Assembly (NCBI RefSeq): GCF_006345805.1
Contig: NC_043011.1
Coordinates: 19,108,464-19,172,463, forward strand
Origin: Octopus sinensis
Lineage: Eukaryota
Length of the DNA stretch: 64,000 nucleotides
Direction: 5' to 3'
Of this stretch, positions 1-13,018 are shown piece by piece (the stretch's first letter is position 1; each line of letters opens with the position of its first letter). The notes under the pieces are model-generated. The model worked only from the letters and a program-made list of their open reading frames with translations. It made no database searches and had not been told where the DNA came from. The position numbers were made by a program, and so were the translations under genes.

Positions 1-2097
1 GCTAAGATTTTTTTTTTAATATTTTTTTTTTCATTTTCTTAGTGTTACAACAGGTCGTTTCTATCTCTAATAGTTTGTCTGCAATCTGATCCGTTTTCGT
101 ATCCGGTTTCGTATCGTATGGGAATAAAACACCTAAAGTGACCAAATTCATTGCGTAGGAAGGCTAAGATCAAAATTTTGTTTTGTCATATTTATCGACG
201 CCAATTCTAGAGAAAACTTTGGGGAAAGTAACGTGAACAATTTATTTTGATTCACGTCATGCTCATTTGTTGTGATCAATGTGATCGTTGTTGTAGATAG
301 ACATGTAGATGTTATTCGCATTTTGAAACCTTGATATCACATATCATAATGAGTACGAGTAGGACAAACCACTCTATAGTTTCATTGCGTCATTACAGAT
401 GTCTTTGTAAATGGCTTTGCCTAATTTGAAATGCATTTTCATACAAACACAATACTATGTCATTCTTACTTTAATTTCCTACAAATAGACAATTGCACTA
501 CGCTGATGTTCTCTTTATCCGGAAGCGACCAATGAATATATGACGTAGCATGATGTAGCTCTTTCTCAGGCACTATATACCAGTCACGATTACGAACAAC
601 TGGCCTCTTAACTACCCACTATAAAGTAGGGCAACGCTTTGTACAGACCTCATATTATAGAGTAATTTACATCGTTAACAATAGCAAGATGCTTTATAGC
701 ATACCATACATGACTGTAATAATCGTAGATAAAATACCAAGCTACAGCATTAGGCAACTGCACTTATCGGACACTTACGCGCATTAAACATTCTGAAGCC
801 CTATGCATTATAAATAGACGTTCAGGAAATTTTCATTTTCTTCTACCTTACAGAAATGTTACCCTCAAAAACAAGTGCGGGAATCTTAATTCTAAAATGC
901 TACTCCTCCAACCAAAATCACAAATATTAGACTTCACAAACGTAATAGGGTTCACGATGCTCAATAGCACCTAAAAATACCCATGGTAATACATTATTGA
1001 AGGTAGGCAAAGTATATTCAGTCTAAATTATCAACAAAGGCTGTAGTAAAGCAACATCACATACACGCATCACAAACATCAGTTTCCATTTTTAACATAT
1101 AAAGATTCAATGATATATGGCATTACTAACTCAAACATGATCCGCTTAAATCCCAGCAGATCCCCTCCCAAGAAATCTACCCTAACACCACTCATGTATC
1201 TCAGAAATAATGTAAATAATGACTTTAACAAAATAATGGTGTTCATAATCGTATTATTAACTATCTGGTATTAGTTAATTTTTTTTATATTTCAAATCAG
1301 TGACATGTACGCAAGCTCACGTATATTCTGAAGAAGAGAAGGGCCTATGATTGAAGAGATAGTGAATTGATGAAGGCTGCTGCAGATTTGGACAGCACCA
1401 AAAACAGAAACTACTGGCACAATTATAAGTAGAATTAATATGAAAATTTATATTTATAATGATATATACCAGTACCACCATTTCTAAATATGATAGGCGA
1501 AATGATGGACCGCTGTCACGATGTGTTCGATACATAGCTGCACATGTGTGTGCCGATCGAGACAGTTGTTATGCATCAAAGTCCCGACTCACCACGCCAT
1601 AACATTATGAAGGTGGCTCTCAGAATGCAAGGAAACAGAAGCTGAACGGCGACTAATTAATCGACACTCTAACGGTCTCGCTATTCCTCAGGCATGATTT
1701 TCTACTATATGTCCCAGAGACAGCTAAGGAAAAGGAGAAAAAAAGAGATTCCGGTTGGACTTCAGAATAAAGCGCAGACTCTAAACAAATCACGCAAATT
1801 TACTATTCAACAATTAAATTGCATCTGTAAAAATTAAAGCATTTTTACGAGATAAAATACCTAAATATATTTTTGTGCATCATTCTATTTAACTTTAAAA
1901 CAATTATACGGTGTCAGCCAAAACAAATATGCATTTGATTTTTGTATTCATACGATAATTTAGAGAAACCGCATGATAAAATATGATCCGTACGAAGTAA
2001 ACAAACGCTACTTTCCATATGAAGCAAATCCAAATTCTTGATAATGCTATCGTTCATGATTCGTAAGCATTTCACACATGCATAGACACACATAAAA

Positions 2098-2099
<2 letters not shown>

Positions 2100-2156
<57 letters not shown>
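2100..2156. repeat. (TA)n microsatellite (representative; many similar tracts, e.g. 3797-3853, 6170-6218, 8320-8482, 9581-9648, 29200-29290)
   Basis: Perfect dinucleotide run seen directly. Confidence 0.98.
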
Positions 2157-2157
<1 letters not shown>

Positions 2158-2175
2158 GAGAACTTAGTAATCCCG

Positions 2176-2213
<38 letters not shown>

Positions 2214-2619
2214 TATACATGTATGTATGTATAAATATATGGATGCATGCACATATGAATGTATATGTGTATACATATGCACAAATACACAAAACACATT
2301 AACACTCATACATACATAAACACTTCATGGTGTGTTTATTTCTGCGTGCCTCTATGTGAATGAGTGAATATGCGTATTTGTGAAAAAAAAGATGACTAAC
2401 GCACATTCCCCTTATACACATACATATATTTGCGTGAATGCGTAGTATCAGTATTTTTCTAATTTAATTTTTTTGAGTTTCTTTTATCAAGAGGAATTAC
2501 TGCAAGGGTTTTACTGCGTGAAGATGTAACAGTCACGAATGTTTTAGACTGAACGAAATGCAAAGTGAATAAATACATGAACATCTCTGGGATTCACACG
2601 ATGTGCTAATGTAGATATA

Positions 2620-2693
2620 AAATAATAATAATAATAATAATAATAGTAATAATAATAACAACAACAGCAACACCAATAATAATAATAATAATA

Positions 2694-2747
<54 letters not shown>

Positions 2748-2760
2748 GTAATAATAATAA

Positions 2761-2845
<85 letters not shown>

Positions 2846-2915
2846 AAGAAGAAGAAGAAGAAGAAGAAGAAGAAAAGAAGAAGAAGAAGAAGAATGATAA
2901 TAATAATAACTGATA
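2620..2915. repeat. Compound trinucleotide microsatellite (AAT)n-(AAC)-(AAT)n-(GAT)n-(AAT)n-(AAG)n
   Basis: Consecutive trinucleotide runs; source of the spurious poly-M/I/R/E ORF at 2694..2897. Confidence 0.97.
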
Positions 2916-3790
2916 TTTTTGATATTATTATTTTATTGATATGTTTTGAGTTATGAGTGTTAGTAATATTATTTAATGTTCGTTTTTATAATTTTGCTTA
3001 CTTCTGCGTGTCTGCGTGTCTGCGCGCTACGTTTTAACGGGTAATATATTAAGAACTCTAGACACGAATTTGATGCTCATATTTTATACAAATTTCAGTG
3101 TGAAAAATTTGTGAATGATTTATTATAAGGGCGCAACTATGAGAATTTACACAAATATAACTTTTAAGATAAGCTTTAATCTTTGCATACGGATCTCGAA
3201 TATATTAATAAATAGACTCCCCGATGGTGAACGATAATAAACATGTTATTCAATAAGTAACACAGATAACTTATATAATATCTCCCATTAAATGTAAATG
3301 ATACCGCAATATCCAATATAAAAGCTTTAACATAAACATGTGTGTTGCAGCTGAATGCCAATGTATAGGTGGAAGAGTTTTACTAACGAACGTAATTCCA
3401 ATAAAACTAAGAGCATAATCATATAACAAGGAAATATTTCCATTTCTGGTTTCATTAAGTAATATCCATTCAGTAAATCATTATTTCAGATGGTAAATAC
3501 TCATTACATAAAATGTCTGTAATTAGATGCGGAGAAACGAGTGTCTCTTGAAAGATAAAATGTTCAACAGCTTCTTTGTAGCAAAATACAGCGTGGAAAA
3601 CGTAATTATTAATGAAACGGTATTTTTGTCTTCCTTTCAGCATTACAACATGCTTCTTTAAGTTGTGAGTCTTACAAACACGAATTCCCAGAAAAAATGT
3701 GTATATATATGTATATTCATATATATATATATTATATATATATATATATATCAACAATTGAGGCAAAGTAATTTATTTTACTAAGCCCTA

Positions 3791-3858
<68 letters not shown>

Positions 3859-3859
3859 C

Positions 3860-4495
3860 ATGAACATCTCTGGGATGGTTAAAAACATCTCTCTTAGATT
3901 GTCTGGCCTGTCCGCCAGTGCCGATATTTTTATGCAGAAAGCGGATTTTTATAACGCCGCACTATCCAAGGCCGGTTATAGGCAGAAGGTAATTTATATT
4001 GATCCGGCCCTTCCGATGCCATCATTCGGTCATCAGGATAGGGCCGTATATAATAACATTAACATTTTAAGTAAGGACGGGAGCGCGGCGGATACCGGGG
4101 TAGTCGCTCCCGCATTTAATTTAGCGAACAAGGATAATTATCGGTCCGGGAGGTCTTACACTAACCCAAGACCCGTTATTCATCCGAGAACCACCCACCC
4201 AAATGCGAGAGCTGGCGTCCCGACCCATCACACTGATAGGAATAAGCATATATGGTTTGTAATCCCCTTTGGTAAGCAGATTAGAACTAACCTCCCCCTC
4301 ATGTTTAGACAAGCCATCGCCAATAACTTCCCCAGAAATTCCAAATATTACTCCACGGTTAACTCACATAAAGTTAGGATAGCTTTCTCCAACACTAAAA
4401 ACCTCGCCCAGATAATCGCCTCCCATAATAATAGGCTACTTACTAAGACCCTATCACCTTTTTCCGGAGGCACAGCCTCTTCCGCTCCGGTTTAA
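3860..4495 (+). CDS. Penelope-like element, RT thumb/linker region without the RT palm (Naiad-like)
   Basis: ORF carries PLE motifs RLSGLSAS..IF..KA.FY.AAL.KAGY and HIWFVIPF..I.TNL..F...I..NFP..SKY...N.HKVRIAFS.T.NL..II.SHN. No YxDD upstream; (TA)n directly 5'. Confidence 0.8.
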   Translation: MNISGMVKNISLRLSGLSASADIFMQKADFYNAALSKAGYRQKVIYIDPALPMPSFGHQDRAVYNNINILSKDGSAADTGVVAPAFNLANKDNYRSGRSYTNPRPVIHPRTTHPNARAGVPTHHTDRNKHIWFVIPFGKQIRTNLPLMFRQAIANNFPRNSKYYSTVNSHKVRIAFSNTKNLAQIIASHNNRLLTKTLSPFSGGTASSAPV

Positions 4496-5256
4496 TGCTC
4501 AGTAGGAATAATTATAGTAGTAATAATGATATGAGAGCCAGTACAGTGACACATAATCTCAGCTCCAGCCAGGAGTACCCACCCACTAGGGGTATAGTTA
4601 TAAATAGGGGTGTTGTGGTTGATGGTAACAATGGGAGTAGGGTAGAGAGCCCCTTTAGCATCCCCAGCATCATTTCCCGCAATAGCAGTACCACGGGCAG
4701 TAGCAATGACAGCACTCTGATAGATAGTGGAGAATCAGGGGTTATTCCTATAGTTAATAGTGACGTAGTGGAAAATAGAGTAGTAAGCGGCTGCAGGTCT
4801 CGGAACGAATATAGTGACAGGAACGCAGTTCTAATTTCAGAAACCAATCCTAGCAGAGTAAGATTCACGTCGGTGAACTCCAAGATCAAAAACGCCGTCT
4901 ACCAATGCAAGGTTTACACGGACTCAGATGCCTTCACTTATATAGGGGCATCATCCTCAAGATTGTCTTTGCGTGTCTCCAACCATTACGCAACTTTTCG
5001 GGACGTGAACAAGCGCCAGACCACGGGACTCAGTAAGCTAATATGGCGACTGAAGGATGCGAACTTAAGCTATAGGCTGGAATGGTCAATTTTGTCGGTG
5101 GCCCTCCCATTTGATAGGGGCAGAAGACAGTGCAACCTTTGTGTCTCCGAACTCTTCCATATTTTGTTTGCCAGAGGCCGGATGGTAAACGGGCTCTTAC
5201 AGTCGGCTTTTCGATGCCCCCATTGGCGGCGTTACACTTATCTGGCCTTTAAATAG
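4495..5256 (+). CDS. GIY-YIG endonuclease of a Penelope-like element (Naiad-like C-terminus) behind a Ser/Asn-rich linker
   Basis: NAVYQCKV...TYIGASS..L..RV.NH..TFR.....TGLSKLIWRLKD......WSIL..A.PF.....CNLC..E......C.H; the ATG overlaps the previous stop (TAATG). Confidence 0.88.
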   Translation: MLSRNNYSSNNDMRASTVTHNLSSSQEYPPTRGIVINRGVVVDGNNGSRVESPFSIPSIISRNSSTTGSSNDSTLIDSGESGVIPIVNSDVVENRVVSGCRSRNEYSDRNAVLISETNPSRVRFTSVNSKIKNAVYQCKVYTDSDAFTYIGASSSRLSLRVSNHYATFRDVNKRQTTGLSKLIWRLKDANLSYRLEWSILSVALPFDRGRRQCNLCVSELFHILFARGRMVNGLLQSAFRCPHWRRYTYLAFK

Positions 5257-6166
5257 CGTTTATAAATAAGACCGGCACCCATAGCCCTTGGTAACAAATT
5301 CTGAAATAGATTTTAAGATATCTACAATTAACCACTGCAAGGGAAATTACTCCTGTAAGACAAACGGGGCTTGTTTTTTCACAGCGGGGGGTTTCCTTGT
5401 CAAGGCAGGCTTAGATGAACACACACACACACACATAAAACATAAAATATATATATATAATTTCTTTATTTTTTTTTTCTTTCTGCCACCCAACGGTTAT
5501 CACGGCAGTAGCCACTGACAGCCGAACGATCAAACGCACACACGTACACAAAAAATGTTTTCTACCCCTACGCCAACACACACATATATAGAACAGTATA
5601 CACACACACACGTCTCTAAGTAGATTTTTTCTCGCCCCTTATAAAACATCCAATATTCTTTAAATAGTCAGAACTTTATTCTCGGTCACAAAGAACATCT
5701 ATACACCCTCACCCACATGTTTGACCGATGCCTGACCTGTTGAATTCTTCAGCCACCGGTTCTCAACATACACTGATAAACAGTTTCGCCATGGGCTCTT
5801 AGGAGCACAGTTCGATTTGTTTTTTGCTCTGCCTCTGTTCTGTTTTTGTTTTTCCAACGGATTTCCTTTTTTCTTCCTGAAGAGAAAGACACAATATGGT
5901 CCCATTATTCAATCGGATTTTGGTAATTTGTGCCTTTCGAAACACGTGTAGAATGAAATAAAACGATTTCTGTTCAATCTGCGTTCAGCTCCATTTCTTC
6001 AATTCACCAATAATGTTTTAATTTCAATTATCCGCACCAACGCACGGTTGCAACGCCAGATGGTTGTACCTCCAACCGTGCTGTTCACTGCTGTGATTTT
6101 TGCTACTAAGGTATCGGTTAAACTTTTGATTAATCTACTACAAGATTATTCATCTCTCTATTTCAC

Positions 6167-6221
<55 letters not shown>

Positions 6222-6314
6222 AAATATTATTAGAGACAAAACCACTATTTTGCAAAACAAACAAGGAAAGACTTAATCAATACATAAAATTTTAATAAAT
6301 AGTCAAAAAAACCG

Positions 6315-6357
6315 CCACTACAATTGTTTCTTGTCTTGATCGACAATCTTCAGGTGG
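6315..6357 (-). ncRNA. Minimal type I hammerhead ribozyme (PLE terminal-repeat type)
   Basis: Minus strand: CCAC-CUGAAGA-UUGUC(GAUCAA)GACAA-GAAA-C(AAUU)G-UA-GUGG. Stem I 4 bp, stem II 5 bp, palindromic stem III CAAUUG, GUA cleavage triplet. Confidence 0.8.
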
Positions 6358-7653
6358 ACTTCCAATCTAAAATATCAATATTTTAAAATATAAAAATAAT
6401 AATTTTAAAATAATTAAAGTATGAATGAAAAAAATTTAAATATATAATCCATATATAACCTATATATAATCCATATATAATCAATATATAAACAATATAT
6501 AAACTAAAATAAACCTATCAACAATTAAATATGAAATATAAAATATAAAACAAAACAAAAAAATAATAATAATATAATAATAAACTATATATACACCCAT
6601 ACACATATACCTAATTATATATAACCATATCTACCCACATAGCAATCCCAATATATTCATCCATACATGGACGCACGTGCGTGAAGCACATGCACACAAC
6701 AAATACGTACAACCCCCCAATACACACTCATATACATACGTATCAAGCTCGACATCCACAGCAATACGCTTACACCCACTCACACCCAGATGGGTGAGTT
6801 GCACAACCAGGGAACGCACACACACACGTGTGCGTATTTTGATTGTGCAACTCGCCCATATGCATGTATGCGGGCGCGATTACATTGTTGCACATATCGA
6901 GCCCAACTAGCATGCATATGTACATGTGAGGGGGTACACGCACATGCCGTGCGCGTGTACCCCCTGCATTTATACCCGTGAGTGAATATACACATGGAGA
7001 CTACCACACAGGTACAAATGTGTATAGTAATGGGAGCTATACTAACTTATAAACCTCAATATACACCAAAAACCCACTCCCTCCCCACACAGACAAATTA
7101 ACACATACAACCCAAAACCTAAATAACAAACCGATATACACATTCACACACAAACACACACACACGCAAAACACACACACACAACAGATACATATACTCC
7201 CTCACATATACGCATATACATACTCACTAAACTCGATATATACAACAATATTTACACACCCACACTCATACAGATAAATAAATTATACAACTAAAAACTC
7301 ACACACAATCTCATATACATAAACACTCCAATGAAAAACAACATTAAATACATCGTAATTAACCAGAATATCAAAAATAACAATATGACATAAGGAGAAA
7401 TAAAATACATACTTACAAGTCAGTTTCAAATTATGAAGTGAAATTAAATTCTTAGCCGTTAAAAAAATCAAACCAAAATTACGTTACCATAGAAATATAA
7501 CTTATGTATAAAAAGAATACGCGCCATGGAAAGTAAACGTCATTTAAAATTATGAATGGAGAAATAGAATAAATGGAACTAAAAACTATATCCACGTGGC
7601 AAACCAACACTACTTAAAAAAATTTATTATGAATGGATTCTTTGATAAAACTA

Positions 7654-7705
<52 letters not shown>

Positions 7706-7766
7706 GATATATATATAGATATAGATATGTTTATATATATACTTACATAAATACACACACACACAC

Positions 7767-7800
<34 letters not shown>

Positions 7801-8330
7801 TTATAAATGCTTATATGTATATGTATAAATAGAGACAAAGACACAACGAGAGTATTTAAGTTCGCGTTACACACATATATATATATATATCATATTAGAA
7901 AAACACTGCTCACTAAAACAAAACTCATAAGACAAATTGATAATTGTTGAAAGTACTGATGCGTCAAGTGTAAAACAAAAGTAAAATAAACTATCTACTT
8001 GTGTTTGTGTTAATATCATTTGTCGAAAAAGTATATAAAAAAATGATTTGGATCGTAATTCGTTTCTTTCGTACACTCCATGTTTTGCAATTTTAAATTG
8101 GAAACCAGCATTTTTCACAAGGTTACTTTGATATATGAAAACATTAAGTATTTGCTTGCTTTCATTTCTCTTCATATAGGTAGAATGAATTTGGTTTATT
8201 GCAAACACATACAGAAATAATAAACGTGATTATGTATAAATTTCTCAGTCTGATTAAATGTCTATCTACCTATTATCTATGTATCCTGCACATTCTATAA
8301 TATATATTTTGATGACCATATATATATATG

Positions 8331-8403
<73 letters not shown>

Positions 8404-8406
8404 TAC

Positions 8407-8463
<57 letters not shown>

Positions 8464-9575
8464 GTATATATATATATATATATAACGGGAAGGTTTACGA
8501 AAATAAATGCATTGACGTGTACATATGTATATATAGATATATGTGTGTGTATACGTGTGTGGCGGTTTCACATGTACTTACTTATCATTGCAACATCAAA
8601 ACGCACCGTATGCGTGACCGCAAATGTTTTGAGATATACTGGCATTAGCAGTATTTAGCTTAATAGACTGTATTCAAAATCGATATGCCAAAATGTTTTG
8701 AATGTGCGTGTTTTAAATACGCCTGTGATAATTGCTTGATGAAGAAAGTGCATTGATTCAGTTATTTAGATTTACAGTGTAATGCAATATAGAATTTTGT
8801 CATGTAGCATATTTTATTATAAAGTATATCACTTTTGCTAAACTATAAGAGATTTCGCAACAATACTCTAAATATATATTTTAAATCTTGTGGCGTGTTT
8901 TATGAGTTATAAAAGCAGATATCGACATTTATTTTGTGTGAAAAATATTTTGTCACAAAATTTCGATTCAAACCTCTGGTGGATAATTAGACGATGTACT
9001 TATATATAATACAATAATTTTGAGTTTATTATAAACACATGACATTTCTGATCAAATACACGTATTATTCAACATGTTCCAGCGATGATTGTAGTATGGC
9101 GTGTTAGGATTAATGATATCGCTAGATGGTTGTGTTTCGATCCGTTGTATTGCAGGTCAACTCTTATGAAGCAGATATGTAATTAAACGCATTGGAGGTA
9201 GACCCAGTCAGATAATTCTTTCACATATGTATGTCTCATTTTTCAATGTGTCTGGTCTTTTTATTTTGAAATTATTGAGACGTTATATACGGGAAATATG
9301 ATTGTTATTTGTGGAATGATCACACATTCGATCATGTTTTGGAACAGATTTTGGCTCTCATTTGTAGAATTTGGAAGAACAAAGTAGACACTTAGATTTT
9401 CATTGTCATGGAGTGTGTAATATTCCAATGTAAGGTTTAAATGTTTTGACCATGAAAACATTACTTGGCTTAATTTTCATTGGGATTCGGTAGAAAGTTT
9501 GTCGTTTTATTAATTATATTCAATCTAGACCTTTTATTAAAAATTTTCAAGGAAACAGATGTTGAGTTTCAATTT

Positions 9576-9654
<79 letters not shown>

Positions 9655-9671
9655 TACTTTATTAAATATAA

Positions 9672-9780
9672 CAAAAGCTGTTACTCGGAGTTTCACGCTC
9701 CCGTTCGTCGGACAGGCTTGTTCAAATTTTAACAAATCTCTCCGACGAACGGAAACGTGAAACTCAGAGTAACAGCTTTG
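9672..9780. repeat. ~40-bp-arm inverted repeat made of two oppositely oriented hammerhead-like motifs (PLE terminal-repeat family)
   Basis: Arms 9672-9712 and 9741-9780. Each reads CUGU/CUCU-CCGACGA-ACG(GGAG/GAAA)CGU-GAAA-CUC(C/A)GAG-UA-ACAG. Related copies at 26352-26415 and 27028-27135. Confidence 0.7.
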
Positions 9781-10669
9781 ATATATTTCTGCTGCTTTTT
9801 AACAAAGCATATTACTCTACCTCTGGTATTTGAGTTCTCTTTTTTCCAGCTTGTTTCACATTTATGTGCTTACTCCGCTATATATATAAAAACTTCATTT
9901 GCGCTAATTTACATGGTATATGGTCTCATGAAATTCCTAGTGAACTATATTTATAGTTTAATATATGCTAATTTAACAGTATGTCAAAACAGAAAACCAA
10001 ATTTCTTTCAACTAATTCTTATAAAGGACATGATATGCTTTGCATAGGAGAAATTCAAACTGACGCAAAATCAAAATAATAGGCTTGTGAATTCTTACTC
10101 TTTTGATACGTTATCAGTTTATTGTAGGTAACGAAGTATATTATTTCCTATCCATTCAACCATTTACTCTCATTGAATGGAATGAAATATTTGACACCTA
10201 TCTTTTCTTTATAAATCAGTTTACGTAAACCTAATCATAATACGCCTATAATAAAATAAATATTTGAATATATATTTTTTCTATAATAATGATATCTCTC
10301 TGCCAATGATCTTTAATATCTTGTAAGTCGTATTAGTAAAGTATACTTTATAACTGAACACTTGGATTCTGATATATTGGGAAGATATGTTAGAATTATA
10401 AGGAATACATGGCATCAAAACATAGGCTGTACTGTGGTGTAACTTTTTATTTATAATTTTGCTACGACCCGAATTTTAAACACTCTGGTTCAAGAAACTA
10501 GAAACAGTATATGTTCCAATTAATTCTAGTTACGGGAGAAAATTTAGGTTTGCAGCATTTATATAGAACGATTTATTTTTTTTTAATGCTAACGTAAGTG
10601 CAGGTGTGGATGTGTAATTACAACTTTGCGTAACAATAATACGTTTCCGCATCTAGTTGCACTGCATGG

Positions 10670-10930
10670 CACGTTGGCCGAGTGTCTTCTACTATAACAC
10701 CCGGCCAACCAAATCCTTCTGAATGGATTTTGTAGACGGGAAATAATGTATATACAAGTGTTTGTTTGTGAATATGTCTTTATATCTGTTCCTCACCAGC
10801 AACCAGTATAGGTTCGTTACATACCTGTAGCTTAGCGTCTCAGCAAAGAGGGAGAGTTAGAATAAGCATTAGGCTTAAGAAAATAGGTGGTGTTGTTGAT
10901 TTCATAGAATATACCATTAAATACAGTACT
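10670..10930 (+). mobile_element. Decayed SINE of the same family as 31159 and 35604
   Basis: Shared blocks 'gtgtcttctactata', 'ccttctgaatggatttt', 'agcatggc'. Confidence 0.55.
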
Positions 10931-11104
10931 CTAGCATGGCTATGATCCAGTGTCTGATACTTGTATATGTAAAAGGTTACATTTTGCTTTCAATACATTC
11001 ATGTGCACAAAGATATAGGTTTGGTATGTATATGTGTACACAAGAACAAACATATATGTAGATATCTGTCTATCTATGTAGCTATGTATGTATCTATCTT
11101 CTAT

Positions 11105-11219
<115 letters not shown>

Positions 11220-11369
11220 AACAGAATTGCAGCAATCTCTTACACAGTGTTTTAGGAAAATGATACTCAGGATTACGGTAATTTATATTATAATTATTAT
11301 AACTATATCAAATTATTGAGCTTCATGAAATATAGAATACGCTATGTGAGAATTATAGTCAGCAAAAAC

Positions 11370-11640
11370 AATTCAAGATATTTTTTCACACTCAAGCAAG
11401 GAATCTTATTGAATACTGGACAGAGTCTCGGGGCCTCTCCCTCTCATTTTGCTGATGATCTAACACTTACAGCTCACTGCAGCGCAAATCGTTAATATCC
11501 ATTAAGGCATCCTGCAAACTGCTTTGGTTTCCATGCAAAGAAGTCTAGGTACATGATATTCAGTGAGAACGAATCAACACAAGAATAGATCTTGTAGAAC
11601 AAACCTCAAATGTTGCATGCACCTAGTTTATCATGAAGAC
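11370..11640 (+). pseudogene. Decayed non-LTR (LINE) reverse transcriptase fragment
   Basis: Translates to HFADDLTL (catalytic xADD) and, downstream, FGFHAKKSRYMIF (resembles GLxxNxxKTxxM); interrupted by stops. Confidence 0.55.
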
Positions 11641-12703
11641 TCGTGATGTCTTTATATTCGTAGACTCTTTTAATTGTAATATTCCTCCAAACTGATGTTC
11701 ACATTTCACATTTATAAACATATCGAAACCAATCAAATTAATTGAAAAAGATGAGCAATATCAAATTATACATTATAACTAAATGACAATACAAAGTAAC
11801 GAATTATAAAGTACCTCACAGTTGAACGAAATGTATTTGCATATACAATTTTGCAACAGAAAAATATCATCAATCATAGACACCGCGTGTGTTGAGTTTT
11901 GCTTTCTAGAAGACACACACACGAAGAAATCATATCATTTTCCAAGATATATTTCAATTCATTTCGGGAATCTCTAAACAGACAGCTTGTCTTTTCTGAG
12001 AATTAATAATCATATAGCTGGATATACACACACAAAAAAAAGAAAACAAAAGATATGGAAATAAAGAAAAGCAGCAAATAAATTTAATTATATATTACAG
12101 AATATCTATTCAACGACAATGAGAATGCGAATGACAAAAGCTAAGCTCTGAATGGTGTCTGAGCGTCTGAAAGAATACATTTTTCAAGCATCTTGAAAAT
12201 GTAATTGTCATCATTTTGCATTCAGTAAAATTTAAAGGAACTATTTATGAGTAGCATACAATCCTACACTTCCCTTATATAGGACATGTTAATGATACAC
12301 TAATTATTACACTGAAACATATTCTCAAGTGGAATGCTTTTATGATCGTTAAAACTGATTGAATTTTGAAAGAAAATCTTAATGCCATTTTTCACAATGC
12401 TATATCACGTGAAAAAAAAATTAAACGCGATAAAATATAAAATTGCATTTGAATGATTAAGTTCTTTATTTACTGTAACATTACTTAGTTGAGAGTAGTG
12501 TCGATATCTTACAGAAACACAGTTTTCTACGTTACCCATGTAATAATGTCATATAAATAAGTCTAATAAAATAATTACGTCGATCAATTACACTTCTTGC
12601 CAAATTATATTTGTGGACGATATGTAAAACAGTAATTGTTATTTCCTCATGGTTACTTAATACCACTATGGTGTACTGAGATATATAATAGTATATTGTT
12701 AAA

Positions 12704-13018
12704 ACGTGGAGGGGCAATGGTCTAGTGGTTGGGGCAGCGGACTCGCGGTTGTAGGATCGCGATTTCGATTCTCAGACCGGGAGTAGTAAGTGTTTATTAA
12801 GTGAAGACACCTAAAGATCCACGAGGCTCCGACAAGGGGTTGGTGGCGATCCCTGCTGTACTAGTTCGCCACAACTTTCTCTCACTCTTTCTTCTTTTGG
12901 CCTGCTCGCTTAGCCAGCGGGGTGGCGTCATTTGAAGGCTAAAACAATGTGGAGCGCATTGTGACCAGCGATGTGTAACAACATCTGATAGCCTGATCGG
13001 TCACGTTGATCACGGTGG
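12704..13018 (+). mobile_element. tRNA-derived SINE
   Basis: A-box-like TGGTCTAGTGG and B-box-like TTCGATTC. Its tail 'gcgcattgtgaccagcgatgtg..caacatctgatagcctg' recurs at 57045-57140. Confidence 0.75.

Noticed and set aside
1914-2309. ORFs rich in IY/YI, CV or HT repeats here and throughout the track
   Set aside because: They are translations of (TA)n, (TG)n and (CA)n microsatellites.
2694-2897. Poly-Met/Ile/Arg/Glu ORF
   Set aside because: Translation of a compound trinucleotide repeat.
4000-4045. CUGAUGA plus hairpin on the minus strand inside the PLE ORF
   Set aside because: No GAAA after stem II and no stem I/III; not a hammerhead.
5765-5810. CUAAGA-GCC(CAU)GGC-GAAA-CUG..CAG-U on the minus strand
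   Set aside because: Core lacks G5, the cleavage position is G, and no stem I forms; at best a fossil.
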